Below are positions 36,549 to 52,231 of a DNA stretch of 64,000 nucleotides, piece by piece (position 1 is the stretch's first letter; every line of letters starts with the position of its first letter). The notes under the pieces were generated by a model. That model was not told where the DNA came from. It saw only the letters and a program-made list of their open reading frames with translations, and searched no databases. Source of the stretch: Eledone cirrhosa (taxonomy: Eukaryota); NCBI GenBank assembly GCA_964016885.1, contig OZ024741.1:283960001-284024000 (forward strand), read 5' to 3'. The position numbers and the translations under genes are program-made.

Positions 36549-39002
36549 ATGGAAAAACAATACTTGGGAACTTCTTTAAAGAATATACCAATACCTTCTA
36601 AGGATGACTTCTTACTCCTTATGATACAGAAAACTAACCAATTTATCAGAAGAGTTAGATGGAGGGCCTACCACTTCGATAAAAAATCTAAATATGCAGA
36701 TAGGAAATATATGTATGATTTCACTACTTACAAGAATCCACCACACAACTCTCTACTTGAAGACTTTGAGAAAGACCTTTTTAATTTAATTAAACACCTC
36801 AAATTTAAGAAGTATAAATCTATCTTTCAAAAGGACCTTGATTCTACCCTATTGGACCTAAAAAAGTCTAAAAAAATCCATGTCCACTCGGACAAAACTG
36901 GAAACTTATATCACATGGATATTGAAAATTATAATGAGTTCATATATAAAGAACTCAGGAAAATTATAGAAAAACTAATAATGCGTCACTCACCAACATC
37001 AACAACAAAACACACAACATAGTGAATAAACTAAATATTGAAGATAGAACTGAACCTTTGGCATTGAAAAGACCACACTTCAACCTGAAAGATCATAAAT
37101 CAAACTTTAACTCAAATCCTTCTATAAGACTTATATGTCCCTCCAAATCTGATATTGGAATAATTAGCAAAAACATTTTGGATAGAGTCATCCCACAAAT
37201 AAGAAAACATGTTAATTTACCACTCTGGGAAAACACTTCCCAGGTAATTAACTGGTTTAAAAATATTAGATGTAAATCTTCTGCTTCATTTCTACAATTT
37301 GATATAGATAATTACTATTCTTCTATATCACCTATACTCCTGAACAAAGCTTTGATATTTGCTAAAAATAGATCTAACTTAACTTTGGATGACATTAATA
37401 TTATTACACATGCTAGACTAACACTTATTGAATTTCAGAATGAATACTGGACCAGAAACACATATACTAATCTATTTGATATTACTATGGGTTCAAGCGA
37501 TTCTGCCCAAATTACTGATCTTGTGGGCCTCTTTCTTCTTTTTAACATAAATGCTTCCTTTCCCCACCTTAAAGGTGGTTTATATCGTGATGACTGTCTT
37601 CTTCTTTCCAACAACCTTAGCCTCTCAGAAATAGAAAAAAACAAAAAGCTTATTAGAACTTTCCTTAAAGACTATTATAGTCTTCATATTACTTTTGAAA
37701 ACACAAGTAAAGTAGTTAATTTCCTAGATATAACTTTAGACTTAGCTACGGGTATCTACCAACCTTACCATAAACCCAACCAAAACTTACACTACATACG
37801 CTCACAATCTAATCACCCTAAATCTATCCTTAAAAACCTTGCATATAATATATCACTTAGAATTTCTAACCTTTCGTCTAACCAAGATGTATTTGATAAA
37901 AATGCGACCTTCTATAACGAAGCTCTAGATAGAAATGGCCACAAAAATAGATTGGAATATATACCTTCTACTAATAACACTATAAACATACAACCTAATA
38001 TTACCAACAAACACCAAATGAAAAGTACACACCTAAATGCCACTCACACTATACCCCAAAATACCAACATAAAACCAAATTTCTCTAACTCCTCTAATAT
38101 AAAGTATAGTAACTCTCAAAAAACTACTCATCATACAACTCTAATAAATGTTAATAATAAAACTCCTAATAAACAAGCTAAAACTCCTAAATCAATAAAT
38201 CTAACTAAAAATGTGCGTGGTGAGGTCATTAACATTAATCCTCCTAGTAAACATCACGATGCATCCTATAAAAACAATAAACAACATAGAAACCGTAATA
38301 GACGAGTTACTTGGTATAATGCTCCATTTAATTTACAAATTAAGGATAATATTGCTAAAAAAATTGTTAATATCCTAGAGAAAAACTTCCCGCCAAACCA
38401 CAAATACCATCAAATCTTAAATAGATCAACAGTTAAATTCTCATACTCAACAACCAAAAACATAAAACAAAATATAAGTGCCTATAATGCATATAAATGT
38501 AAAAAAACCATAAGTATACCACCAATACATCAAACTAACCATAATATCTCCTCAAATACAGAATTAACGAAAGGTTGTAACTGTAGAAACAAAGCAAACT
38601 GCCCATTAAAAGGAAATTGTCTTGTTAACAACATAGTTTATAAATGTAAAGTTAAAACTAAAGATTCTATTTGCTCATATATAGGAGCTACTTCTAACAA
38701 TTTTAAGGTAAGGTTTAATACCCACAAACATAGTTTTAAAAATGCCGCACTGGCTAATACAACATCTCTAGCAGAAAAAAATTAATTGTTATAGAAATAA
38801 GAATATAGAATATGATATGACCTGGAGTGTGCTCAAAAGAGCCACCCCTTATCAAAATAATAGAAATGAATGTAGATTGTGTTCCCAAGAACTATTTGAA
38901 ATAATGAAATCTAAGGATATCCTATTAAATAAGCGACAGGAATTAATTATATCGTGTAATCATAAACTGAGAAAAACATTTAAATATTATAAACCTAATT
39001 AA
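36549..39002 (+). pseudogene. Penelope-like RT + GIY-YIG ORF (probably Naiad clade), ~817 aa, two 1-nt frameshifts
   Basis: KNIPIPS, RVRWRA, DKTGNLY, LKDHKSNF, QFDIDNYYSSI, MGSSD, GLYRDD, CNCR..CPLKGNCL, YIGATS, CRLC..LLNKRQELIISCNH; clade assignment from recalled motifs. Confidence 0.93.
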
Positions 39003-39900
39003 TAATATATATTTTAGAAATTAATATATAAATTAATTTAAATGTAGTTAACCTATAATTTTAATTTAATTAAAATTCTACTACAGATGAAATTAAAAAA
39101 TATTGTGTAATCATAAACTGTGAAAAACTTTTAAATATTATTAACATAATTAATATATACTTTGGAAATTAATTTATAGATTAATTTTAGTTTATTTAAC
39201 CTTTTATTAAAATTCCTTTACAGATGAAATATAACAAAATATCGTGTAATCAATAACAGAGAAATACTTTTTAATATTATAAACCTAATTAATGTACAAT
39301 TTAGAAATTAATTTATAAATTAATTTTAATTTAGTTAACCTATAATTTTAATTTAGTTAGCTTAAAATTAAAATTCTAATACAGATGGATTGCAGAATAT
39401 CATGTAATCATAAACTGAGAAAAACTTTTAAATATATACCTAATTAATATATTCTTTACAAATAAATATATAGATTAATTTTAATTTTAGTTAACCTATA
39501 ATTATATTCTACTATAGATAAAATACAAAATTTGCTTTAATTATTATAAACCTAATTAACATATACTATAGAAATTAATATATAATTTTTAATTTAGTTA
39601 ACCTATAATTAATATTCTACTACCGATGAAATACTTGATTTGGCTTTCCCTATTACAAAATTCATTTCCTAAAATTGATACCATCATGTTAATATTTTTA
39701 ATTTAGTTATGCTATAATTAATACTCTACTACTGTTTAACTTCAAAATTCCGCTTTAAATATTATAAACCTAAGTAGTATACACCTTAGAAATTAATATA
39801 TTAACTATTTTTACTTTAATTAACCTATAATTAATAGTCTACTTATATTAAAATGCATAATTTAGCCTTCTTTCTTACAAATACCATTTCCTAATACTGA
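38949..39900 (+). repeat. degenerate ~140-160-bp tandem repeats derived from the ORF end
   Basis: TATCGTGTAATCATAAACTGAGAAAAAC..TATTATAAACCTAATTAAT recurs at ~38949, 39101, 39240 and 39398, then decays. Confidence 0.8.
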
Positions 39901-40130
39901 CACTACTATGTAAACACATATTATGATTTAAATGCAGATTAATATTATATGTTCCTTGAAACCTATATTTACTATTTCCCACTAATAATTTTAATCCCCC
40001 TTCCCCCCCCCCCTATAATTATTCGTATTTGTAAGCGTGGATGTATGTGTACGTAAGTATGTATGTATGTTTGAGTGTTTGTGTGTGAGTATGTAAATAC
40101 ATATGTGCGCATGTAAATAAGTGTGTATGA

Positions 40131-40186
<56 letters not shown>

Positions 40187-40282
40187 GTGTATGTATGTAT
40201 GTGTATGTATATGTATTTGTAGAGATGTGTGTATGTATGTGTATATATGTGCATAATTGTCTGACTGTGTGTATTTATTTAT

Positions 40283-40352
<70 letters not shown>

Positions 40353-40453
40353 TATATGTGTATATATATATATATGTGTATATATATATCTCTATATTTA
40401 TGTATGTATGTGTGTATGTGTGTGTACATATATGTATATATGTGTGTTGTGCG

Positions 40454-40599
<146 letters not shown>

Positions 40600-41210
40600 T
40601 GTATTTATAAGTATGAGTATATGTTTTACTTGTTTGTTTCTTTTATTATATTTCTTTTTATTTCTAAATTTATAGATACATTTTTATAAATATGCTGAGT
40701 CTGACACCCTCCTTAATTACTTACTCCCTTACCTACTTTTAATTCTGCATCTAGATGTAAGTGTATGTGGCCGTGTTTATGTGTGCGCCTCAATATCCAT
40801 ATAGTTATAATAATAATATATACGTATGTGTGTGTGTGTGTGTATATATGTGTGTGGGTGTTCGTGGGTATGTGTGTGTTTATGTATATATGCATGTGTG
40901 TGTATGAATGTATGTATATGTGTGTATATATGTGTGTATATATGTATGTATATGTATGTATATTTTGTCTGTGGATTATAAACATACAGAAACATTAGCC
41001 CTGAATTTTTATATTTACATACACTTTTTCGACATGCGTATGCATGTGAACATACATTTTTATGCATATCTGTGAACGAAGTTACTTACATATATACACA
41101 CACCTAACTGTATTTTCTTGATGAATTTTTATGTATTTCATTGATCTATTTAAAATCTGTTCCCAAACAGACCTGTAATTTTGAATTGTTGTTATTATCA
41201 ATAAATATAC

Positions 41211-41353
41211 TTCATTATTTCTGAAGACAGCATATATATGTGTTGGTATGTATATTCTCTTTGATAGTTTGTATAATTTTGTACATAGATCTTTTGAATA
41301 TGCATGCCAATTCTAACACATATATGTCCTAGAAACGATCGTTAAATAATGAA
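41211..41353 (+). ncRNA. hammerhead ribozyme with long stem II in the 3' pLTR (41155-41410) of the 36.5-kb PLE
   Basis: ttcattattt-CTGAAGA-long hairpin-GAAA-cgatcGTT-aaataatgaa, with a perfect 10-bp stem I. Confidence 0.82.
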
Positions 41354-41412
41354 CTTTTTTTGTTTAATATAAGGAACTGTTTCATTGTTTTATTCATTAT
41401 TTTTTTAATGTT

Positions 41413-41436
41413 TTATATATATATATGTATATACGT

Positions 41437-41506
<70 letters not shown>

Positions 41507-41508
41507 GT

Positions 41509-41577
<69 letters not shown>

Positions 41578-41656
41578 TATACGTATATATATATATATAT
41601 ATATATACGTATACATATATATATATATATATATGTATACATATATATATATATAC

Positions 41657-41720
<64 letters not shown>

Positions 41721-41744
41721 ACGTATATATATATATATGTATAC

Positions 41745-41784
<40 letters not shown>

Positions 41785-41810
41785 ACGTATATATATATAT
41801 ATATATATAC

Positions 41811-41872
<62 letters not shown>

Positions 41873-41904
41873 ACGTATATATATATATATATATATATGT
41901 ATAC

Positions 41905-41935
<31 letters not shown>

Positions 41936-41985
41936 CGTATATATATATATATGTATACGTATATATATATATATATATGTATACG

Positions 41986-42018
<33 letters not shown>

Positions 42019-42020
42019 AC

Positions 42021-42066
<46 letters not shown>

Positions 42067-42069
42067 ACG

Positions 42070-42124
<55 letters not shown>

Positions 42125-42126
42125 AC

Positions 42127-42157
<31 letters not shown>

Positions 42158-42159
42158 CG

Positions 42160-42190
<31 letters not shown>

Positions 42191-42223
42191 ACGTATATAT
42201 ATATATATATATATATGTATACG

Positions 42224-42254
<31 letters not shown>

Positions 42255-42256
42255 AC

Positions 42257-42318
<62 letters not shown>
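41413..42318. repeat. (TA)n microsatellite with TGTATACG interruptions
   Basis: Seen directly. Confidence 0.95.
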
Positions 42319-42322
<4 letters not shown>

Positions 42323-42354
42323 AAATGTGTGTAATCCTTGGTACAGTTAGGTAT

Positions 42355-42788
42355 ATTAAGACAGGGGGGAAGAAAAAATGGGTTCACTTGTGCTTTCAAC
42401 AAATTTATTTTCTTCACAAAATCAAAAAAGAGTTTTTTTCCGGATTAGAAAAAATATGGTCGGATAACGAACATTTCCGCAGATATAAAGAAGAATTCTT
42501 CATTGAAAAATTTAAACCACTGCTGAACACGAAAAAATGAATTAACAATCGGAGGTAAAATTCCATTTCACTACGCCTCCCCCCCCTCTTCTTATGTATA
42601 CACATGAATATCTGAGTGAACGGTGAGACACACACATATGTGTGTGTAGGTATGTATGGATGTATGTACGTGTGGGTATATATGTATGTGGGTGTGTGTG
42701 TGTATGTATATATATGTATGGATGTGTGTATGTTTGTATGTGTGTGTATATATATATATATATGTATGTGTATGTATGTGTATGTTTG

Positions 42789-42823
<35 letters not shown>

Positions 42824-43310
42824 GTAGATAGATATATATGTTTATATGTGTGTGTATGTATATGTATGTACCCATATATGTATATATGTGTGTGTATGTA
42901 TGTGCATATATGTATATATGTGTGTACATATGTGTATGTTTCTGTATGTGTATGTAGATGTATGTATGTAGATGTATGTATATATATGTATATATATATG
43001 TATATATATGTATGTATATATGTGTCTTTATGTGCTCGTGTGTACACATATATATATGTATATATGTATGTGTGTATGTATGTGGGTGTATGTGTATATA
43101 TATGTATATATATATATATATGTATGTATGTATATGTATGTGTATATATGTATGTGTGTATGTATGCACTTGTATGTGTATGTATATATGTATGTATATA
43201 TATATGTATGTATGTGTATATATATATAGATATATATGTATGTGTATATGTATGTATATGTGTGTATGTGTCTGTATGTGTTTATGTGTACATATATGTA
43301 TATATATATG

Positions 43311-43360
<50 letters not shown>

Positions 43361-46300
43361 GTATGTGTGTGAGGGTATGCCTCTCTCTATATATATGTAT
43401 ATATATATATATGTATGTGTGTATGTGTGTGTGTGTATGCATGTATGTGTGAACGGAGGTATATATACGGACATATGTATATCTGTGTGTGTGTGTGTAT
43501 ACACGTGTGTGTGTATACACGTGTGTGTGTGTGTATACACGTGTGTGTGTATACACGTGTGTGTGTGTGTGTGTGTATGTGTGCGTGTATGTGTATATAT
43601 GTATATTTAGTTATGTATCTTTATGTGTGTATATGTATGTATGTGTATGTATGTATGTGTATATATGTATGTGTATGTATATGTCGATTCTATTGAGTGA
43701 TGAATAGCTTTTGTTTTATTTTAACATGTCTATTGAGCACTCTAATTCGATATGTGTATTTCCACATTCACTCGAATTGTTTTCGCGGATATAGGGGTCA
43801 TCTCCCTTGTCTAATGCCATGTGCGTTTTTCACCGCTAGTTGACTCCTTTGCCGCCAGGATAAAACTCGTTGACAACGTAAACTCCGTTCCACTTATTCT
43901 AGTAGGCTTTTATATTTATATGTGAGCTGATAGAGTACTGTCTAAGGATTTACAGAAACCCATGAAGCTAGATTTAACACCTTTCTAGTGGGTCCGGGTA
44001 TGATTTTACATTCATTTAAATTATTGACGTATTGTTTTATTGATATTTTTTATCTGTTTGGCCCGAATCTTCCTTTATCGATTTTAAATCGTATGGTTGA
44101 TTGTAGACTTGTTCTATATGTGACGGTATTTTAACGATAGTTATAGCTCTGATTCATCTGAATTATTGAGCCCTCTGCCGCTCATATCGAATTTCGTTTT
44201 TCGTGAACTCGTGCGCCGATTTTTCGATACTCGATCTTTCTAATATATTTAGCTCTGGACATAGCTATCCACCAGTTAATTTTATTGCTCATTTTTTGTC
44301 GATTCTATTGAGTGATGAATAGCTTTTGTTTTATTTTAACATGTCTATTGAGCACTCTAATTCGATATGTGTATTTCCACATTCACTCGAATTGTTTTCG
44401 CGGATATAGGGGTCATCTCCCTTGTCTAATGCCATGTGCGTTTTTCACCGCTAGTTGACTCCTTTGCCGCCAGGATAAAACTCGTTGACAACGTAAACTC
44501 CGTTCCACTTATTCTAGTAGGCTTTTATATTTATATGTGAGCTGATAGAGTACTGTCTAAGGATTTACAGAAACCCATGAAGCTAGATTTAACACCTTTC
44601 TAGTGGGTCCGGGTATGATTTTACATTCATTTAAATTATTGACGTATTGTTTTATTGATATTTTTTATCTGTTTGGCCCGAATCTTCCTTTATCGATTTT
44701 AAATCGTATGGTTGATTGTAGACTTGTTCTATATGTGACGGTATTTTAACGATAGTTATAGCTCTGATTCATCTGAATTATTGAGCCCTCTGCCGCTCAT
44801 ATCGAATTTCGTTTTTCGTGAACTCGTGCGCCGATTTTTCGATACTCGATCTTTCTAATATAGTTAGCTCTGGACATAGCTATCCACCAGTTAATTTTAT
44901 TGCTCATTTTTTGTCGATTCTATTGAGTGATGAATAGCTTTTGTTTTATTTTAACATGTCTATTGAGCACTCTAATTCGATATGTGTATTTCCACATTCA
45001 CTCGAATTGTTTTCGCGGATATAGGGGTCATCTCCCTTGTCTAATGCCATGTGCGTTTTTCACCGCTAGTTGACTCCTTTGCCGCCAGGATAAAACTCGT
45101 TGACAACGTAAACTCCGTTCCACTTATTCTAGTAGGCTTTTATATTTATATGTGAGCTGATAGAGTACTGTCTAAGGATTTACAGAAACCCATGAAGCTA
45201 GATTTAACACCTTTCTAGTGGGTCCGGGTATGATTTTACATTCATTTAAATTATTGACGTATTGTTTTATTGATATTTTTTATCTGTTTGGCCCGAATCT
45301 TCCTTTATCGATTTTAAATCGTATGGTTGATTGTAGACTTGTTCTATATGTGACGGTATTTTAACGATAGTTATAGCTCTGATTCATCTGAATTATTGAG
45401 CCCTCTGCCGCTCATATCGAATTTCGTTTTTCGTGAACTCGTGCGCCGATTTTTCGATACTCGATCTTTCTAATATATTTAGCTCTGGACATAGCTATCC
45501 ACCAGTTAATTTTATTGCTCATTTTTTGTCGATTCTATTGAGTGATGAATAGCTTTTGTTTTATTTTAACATGTCTATTGAGCACTCTAATTCGATATGT
45601 GTATTTCCACATTCACTCGAATTGTTTTCGCGGATATAGGGGTCATCTCCCTTGTCTAATGCCATGTGCGTTTTTCACCGCTAGTTGACTCCTTTGCCGC
45701 CAGGATAAAACTCGTTGACAACGTAAACTCCGTTCCACTTATTCTAGTAGGCTTTTATATTTATATGTGAGCTGATAGAGTACTGTCTAAGGATTTACAG
45801 AAACCCATGAAGCTAGATTTAACACCTTTCTAGTGGGTCCGGGTATGATTTTACATTCATTTAAATTATTGACGTATTGTTTTATTGATATTTTTTATCT
45901 GTTTGGCCCGAATCTTCCTTTATCGATTTTAAATCGTATGGTTGATTGTAGACTTGTTCTATATGTGACGGTATTTTAACGATAGTTATAGCTCTGATTC
46001 ATCTGAATTATTGAGCCCTCTGCCGCTCATATCGAATTTCGTTTTTCGTGAACTCGTGCGCCGATTTTTCGATACTCGATCTTTCTAATATATTTAGCTC
46101 TGGACATAGCTATCCACCAGTTAATTTTATTGCTCATTTTTTGTCGATTCTATTGAGTGATGAATAGCTTTTGTTTTATTTTAACATGTCTATTGAGCAC
46201 TCTAATTCGATATGTGTATTTCCACATTCACTCGAATTGTTTTCGCGGATATAGGGGTCATCTCCCTTGTCTAATGCCATGTGCGTTTTTCACCGCTAGT

Positions 46301-49300
46301 TGACTCCTTTGCCGCCAGGATAAAACTCGTTGACAACGTAAACTCCGTTCCACTTATTCTAGTAGGCTTTTATATTTATATGTGAGCTGATAGAGTACTG
46401 TCTAAGGATTTACAGAAACCCATGAAGCTAGATTTAACACCTTTCTAGTGGGTCCGGGTATGATTTTACATTCATTTAAATTATTGACGTATTGTTTTAT
46501 TGATATTTTTTATCTGTTTGGCCCGAATCTTCCTTTATCGATTTTAAATCGTATGGTTGATTGTAGACTTGTTCTATATGTGACGGTATTTTAACGATAG
46601 TTATAGCTCTGATTCATCTGAATTATTGAGCCCTCTGCCGCTCATATCGAATTTCGTTTTTCGTGAACTCGTGCGCCGATTTTTCGATACTCGATCTTTC
46701 TAATATATTTAGCTCTGGACATAGCTATCCACCAGTTAATTTTATTGCTCATTTTTTGTCGATTCTATTGAGTGATGAATAGCTTTTGTTTTATTTTAAC
46801 ATGTCTATTGAGCACTCTAATTCGATATGTGTATTTCCACATTCACTCGAATTGTTTTCGCGGATATAGGGGTCATCTCCCTTGTCTAATGCCATGTGCG
46901 TTTTTCACCGCTAGTTGACTCCTTTGCCGCCAGGATAAAACTCGTTGACAACGTAAACTCCGTTCCACTTATTCTAGTAGGCTTTTATATTTATATGTGA
47001 GCTGATAGAGTACTGTCTAAGGATTTACAGAAACCCATGAAGCTAGATTTAACACCTTTCTAGTGGGTCCGGGTATGATTTTACATTCATTTAAATTATT
47101 GACGTATTGTTTTATTGATATTTTTTATCTGTTTGGCCCGAATCTTCCTTTATCGATTTTAAATCGTATGGTTGATTGTAGACTTGTTCTATATGTGACG
47201 GTATTTTAACGATAGTTATAGCTCTGATTCATCTGAATTATTGAGCCCTCTGCCGCTCATATCGAATTTCGTTTTTCGTGAACTCGTGCGCCGATTTTTC
47301 GATACTCGATCTTTCTAATATATTTAGCTCTGGACATAGCTATCCACCAGTTAATTTTATTGCTCATTTTTTGTCGATTCTATTGAGTGATGAATAGCTT
47401 TTGTTTTATTTTAACATGTCTATTGAGCACTCTAATTCGATATGTGTATTTCCACATTCACTCGAATTGTTTTCGCGGATATAGGGGTCATCTCCCTTGT
47501 CTAATGCCATGTGCGTTTTTCACCGCTAGTTGACTCCTTTGCCGCCAGGATAAAACTCGTTGACAACGTAAACTCCGTTCCACTTATTCTAGTAGGCTTT
47601 TATATTTATATGTGAGCTGATAGAGTACTGTCTAAGGATTTACAGAAACCCATGAAGCTAGATTTAACACCTTTCTAGTGGGTCCGGGTATGATTTTACA
47701 TTCATTTAAATTATTGACGTATTGTTTTATTGATATTTTTTATCTGTTTGGCCCGAATCTTCCTTTATCGATTTTAAATCGTATGGTTGATTGTAGACTT
47801 GTTCTATATGTGACGGTATTTTAACGATAGTTATAGCTCTGATTCATCTGAATTATTGAGCCCTCTGCCGCTCATATCGAATTTCGTTTTTCGTGAACTC
47901 GTGCGCCGATTTTTCGATACTCGATCTTTCTAATATATTTAGCTCTGGACATAGCTATCCACCAGTTAATTTTATTGCTCATTTTTTGTCGATTCTATTG
48001 AGTGATGAATAGCTTTTGTTTTATTTTAACATGTCTATTGAGCACTCTAATTCGATATGTGTATTTCCACATTCACTCGAATTGTTTTCGCGGATATAGG
48101 GGTCATCTCCCTTGTCTAATGCCATGTGCGTTTTTCACCGCTAGTTGACTCCTTTGCCGCCAGGATAAAACTCGTTGACAACGTAAACTCCGTTCCACTT
48201 ATTCTAGTAGGCTTTTATATTTATATGTGAGCTGATAGAGTACTGTCTAAGGATTTACAGAAACCCATGAAGCTAGATTTAACACCTTTCTAGTGGGTCC
48301 GGGTATGATTTTACATTCATTTAAATTATTGACGTATTGTTTTATTGATATTTTTTATCTGTTTGGCCCGAATCTTCCTTTATCGATTTTAAATCGTATG
48401 GTTGATTGTAGACTTGTTCTATATGTGACGGTATTTTAACGATAGTTATAGCTCTGATTCATCTGAATTATTGAGCCCTCTGCCGCTCATATCGAATTTC
48501 GTTTTTCGTGAACTCGTGCGCCGATTTTTCGATACTCGATCTTTCTAATATATTTAGCTCTGGACATAGCTATCCACCAGTTAATTTTATTGCTCATTTT
48601 TTGTCGATTCTATTGAGTGATGAATAGCTTTTGTTTTATTTTAACATGTCTATTGAGCACTCTAATTCGATATGTGTATTTCCACATTCACTCGAATTGT
48701 TTTCGCGGATATAGGGGTCATCTCCCTTGTCTAATGCCATGTGCGTTTTTCACCGCTAGTTGACTCCTTTGCCGCCAGGATAAAACTCGTTGACAACGTA
48801 AACTCCGTTCCACTTATTCTAGTAGGCTTTTATATTTATATGTGAGCTGATAGAGTACTGTCTAAGGATTTACAGAAACCCATGAAGCTAGATTTAACAC
48901 CTTTCTAGTGGGTCCGGGTATGATTTTACATTCATTTAAATTATTGACGTATTGTTTTATTGATATTTTTTATCTGTTTGGCCCGAATCTTCCTTTATCG
49001 ATTTTAAATCGTATGGTTGATTGTAGACTTGTTCTATATGTGACGGTATTTTAACGATAGTTATAGCTCTGATTCATCTGAATTATTGAGCCCTCTGCCG
49101 CTCATATCGAATTTCGTTTTTCGTGAACTCGTGCGCCGATTTTTCGATACTCGATCTTTCTAATATATTTAGCTCTGGACATAGCTATCCACCAGTTAAT
49201 TTTATTGCTCATTTTTTGTCGATTCTATTGAGTGATGAATAGCTTTTGTTTTATTTTAACATGTCTATTGAGCACTCTAATTCGATATGTGTATTTCCAC

Positions 49301-52231
49301 ATTCACTCGAATTGTTTTCGCGGATATAGGGGTCATCTCCCTTGTCTAATGCCATGTGCGTTTTTCACCGCTAGTTGACTCCTTTGCCGCCAGGATAAAA
49401 CTCGTTGACAACGTAAACTCCGTTCCACTTATTCTAGTAGGCTTTTATATTTATATGTGAGCTGATAGAGTACTGTCTAAGGATTTACAGAAACCCATGA
49501 AGCTAGATTTAACACCTTTCTAGTGGGTCCGGGTATGATTTTACATTCATTTAAATTATTGACGTATTGTTTTATTGATATTTTTTATCTGTTTGGCCCG
49601 AATCTTCCTTTATCGATTTTAAATCGTATGGTTGATTGTAGACTTGTTCTATATGTGACGGTATTTTAACGATAGTTATAGCTCTGATTCATCTGAATTA
49701 TTGAGCCCTCTGCCGCTCATATCGAATTTCGTTTTTCGTGAACTCGTGCGCCGATTTTTCGATACTCGATCTTTCTAATATATTTAGCTCTGGACATAGC
49801 TATCCACCAGTTAATTTTATTGCTCATTTTTTGTCGATTCTATTGAGTGATGAATAGCTTTTGTTTTATTTTAACATGTCTATTGAGCACTCTAATTCGA
49901 TATGTGTATTTCCACATTCACTCGAATTGTTTTCGCGGATATAGGGGTCATCTCCCTTGTCTAATGCCATGTGCGTTTTTCACCGCTAGTTGACTCCTTT
50001 GCCGCCAGGATAAAACTCGTTGACAACGTAAACTCCGTTCCACTTATTCTAGTAGGCTTTTATATTTATATGTGAGCTGATAGAGTACTGTCTAAGGATT
50101 TACAGAAACCCATGAAGCTAGATTTAACACCTTTCTAGTGGGTCCGGGTATGATTTTACATTCATTTAAATTATTGACGTATTGTTTTATTGATATTTTT
50201 TATCTGTTTGGCCCGAATCTTCCTTTATCGATTTTAAATCGTATGGTTGATTGTAGACTTGTTCTATATGTGACGGTATTTTAACGATAGTTATAGCTCT
50301 GATTCATCTGAATTATTGAGCCCTCTGCCGCTCATATCGAATTTCGTTTTTCGTGAACTCGTGCGCCGATTTTTCGATACTCGATCTTTCTAATATATTT
50401 AGCTCTGGACATAGCTATCCACCAGTTAATTTTATTGCTCATTTTTTGTCGATTCTATTGAGTGATGAATAGCTTTTGTTTTATTTTAACATGTCTATTG
50501 AGCACTCTAATTCGATATGTGTATTTCCACATTCACTCGAATTGTTTTCGCGGATATAGGGGTCATCTCCCTTGTCTAATGCCATGTGCGTTTTTCACCG
50601 CTAGTTGACTCCTTTGCCGCCAGGATAAAACTCGTTGACAACGTAAACTCCGTTCCACTTATTCTAGTAGGCTTTTATATTTATATGTGAGCTGATAGAG
50701 TACTGTCTAAGGATTTACAGAAACCCATGAAGCTAGATTTAACACCTTTCTAGTGGGTCCGGGTATGATTTTACATTCATTTAAATTATTGACGTATTGT
50801 TTTATTGATATTTTTTATCTGTTTGGCCCGAATCTTCCTTTATCGATTTTAAATCGTATGGTTGATTGTAGACTTGTTCTATATGTGACGGTATTTTAAC
50901 GATAGTTATAGCTCTGATTCATCTGAATTATTGAGCCCTCTGCCGCTCATATCGAATTTCGTTTTTCGTGAACTCGTGCGCCGATTTTTCGATACTCGAT
51001 CTTTCTAATATATTTAGCTCTGGACATAGCTATCCACCAGTTAATTTTATTGCTCATTTTTTGTCGATTCTATTGAGTGATGAATAGCTTTTGTTTTATT
51101 TTAACATGTCTATTGAGCACTCTAATTCGATATGTGTATTTCCACATTCACTCGAATTGTTTTCGCGGATATAGGGGTCATCTCCCTTGTCTAATGCCAT
51201 GTGCGTTTTTCACCGCTAGTTGACTCCTTTGCCGCCAGGATAAAACTCGTTGACAACGTAAACTCCGTTCCACTTATTCTAGTAGGCTTTTATATTTATA
51301 TGTGAGCTGATAGAGTACTGTCTAAGGATTTACAGAAACCCATGAAGCTAGATTTAACACCTTTCTAGTGGGTCCGGGTATGATTTTACATTCATTTAAA
51401 TTATTGACGTATTGTTTTATTGATATTTTTTATCTGTTTGGCCCGAATCTTCCTTTATCGATTTTAAATCGTATGGTTGATTGTAGACTTGTTCTATATG
51501 TGACGGTATTTTAACGATAGTTATAGCTCTGATTCATCTGAATTATTGAGCCCTCTGCCGCTCATATCGAATTTCGTTTTTCGTGAACTCGTGCGCCGAT
51601 TTTTCGATACTCGATCTTTCTAATATATTTAGCTCTGGACATAGCTATCCACCAGTTAATTTTATTGCTCATTTTTTGTCGATTCTATTGAGTGATGAAT
51701 AGCTTTTGTTTTATTTTAACATGTCTATTGAGCACTCTAATTCGATATGTGTATTTCCACATTCACTCGAATTGTTTTCGCGGATATAGGGGTCATCTCC
51801 CTTGTCTAATGCCATGTGCGTTTTTCACCGCTAGTTGACTCCTTTGCCGCCAGGATAAAACTCGTTGACAACGTAAACTCCGTTCCACTTATTCTAGTAG
51901 GCTTTTATATTTATATGTGAGCTGATAGAGTACTGTCTAAGGATTTACAGAAACCCATGAAGCTAGATTTAACACCTTTCTAGTGGGTCCGGGTATGATT
52001 TTACATTCATTTAAATTATTGACGTATTGTTTTATTGATATTTTTTATCTGTTTGGCCCGAATCTTCCTTTATCGATTTTAAATCGTATGGTTGATTGTA
52101 GACTTGTTCTATATGTGACGGTATTTTAACGATAGTTATAGCTCTGATTCATCTGAATTATTGAGCCCTCTGCCGCTCATATCGAATTTCGTTTTTCGTG
52201 AACTCGTGCGCCGATTTTTCGATACTCGATC

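Noticed and set aside
37022-39002. Selenocysteine (UGA) recoding as reported for some Naiad PLEs
   Set aside because: No in-frame TGA; the conserved positions use ordinary Cys codons
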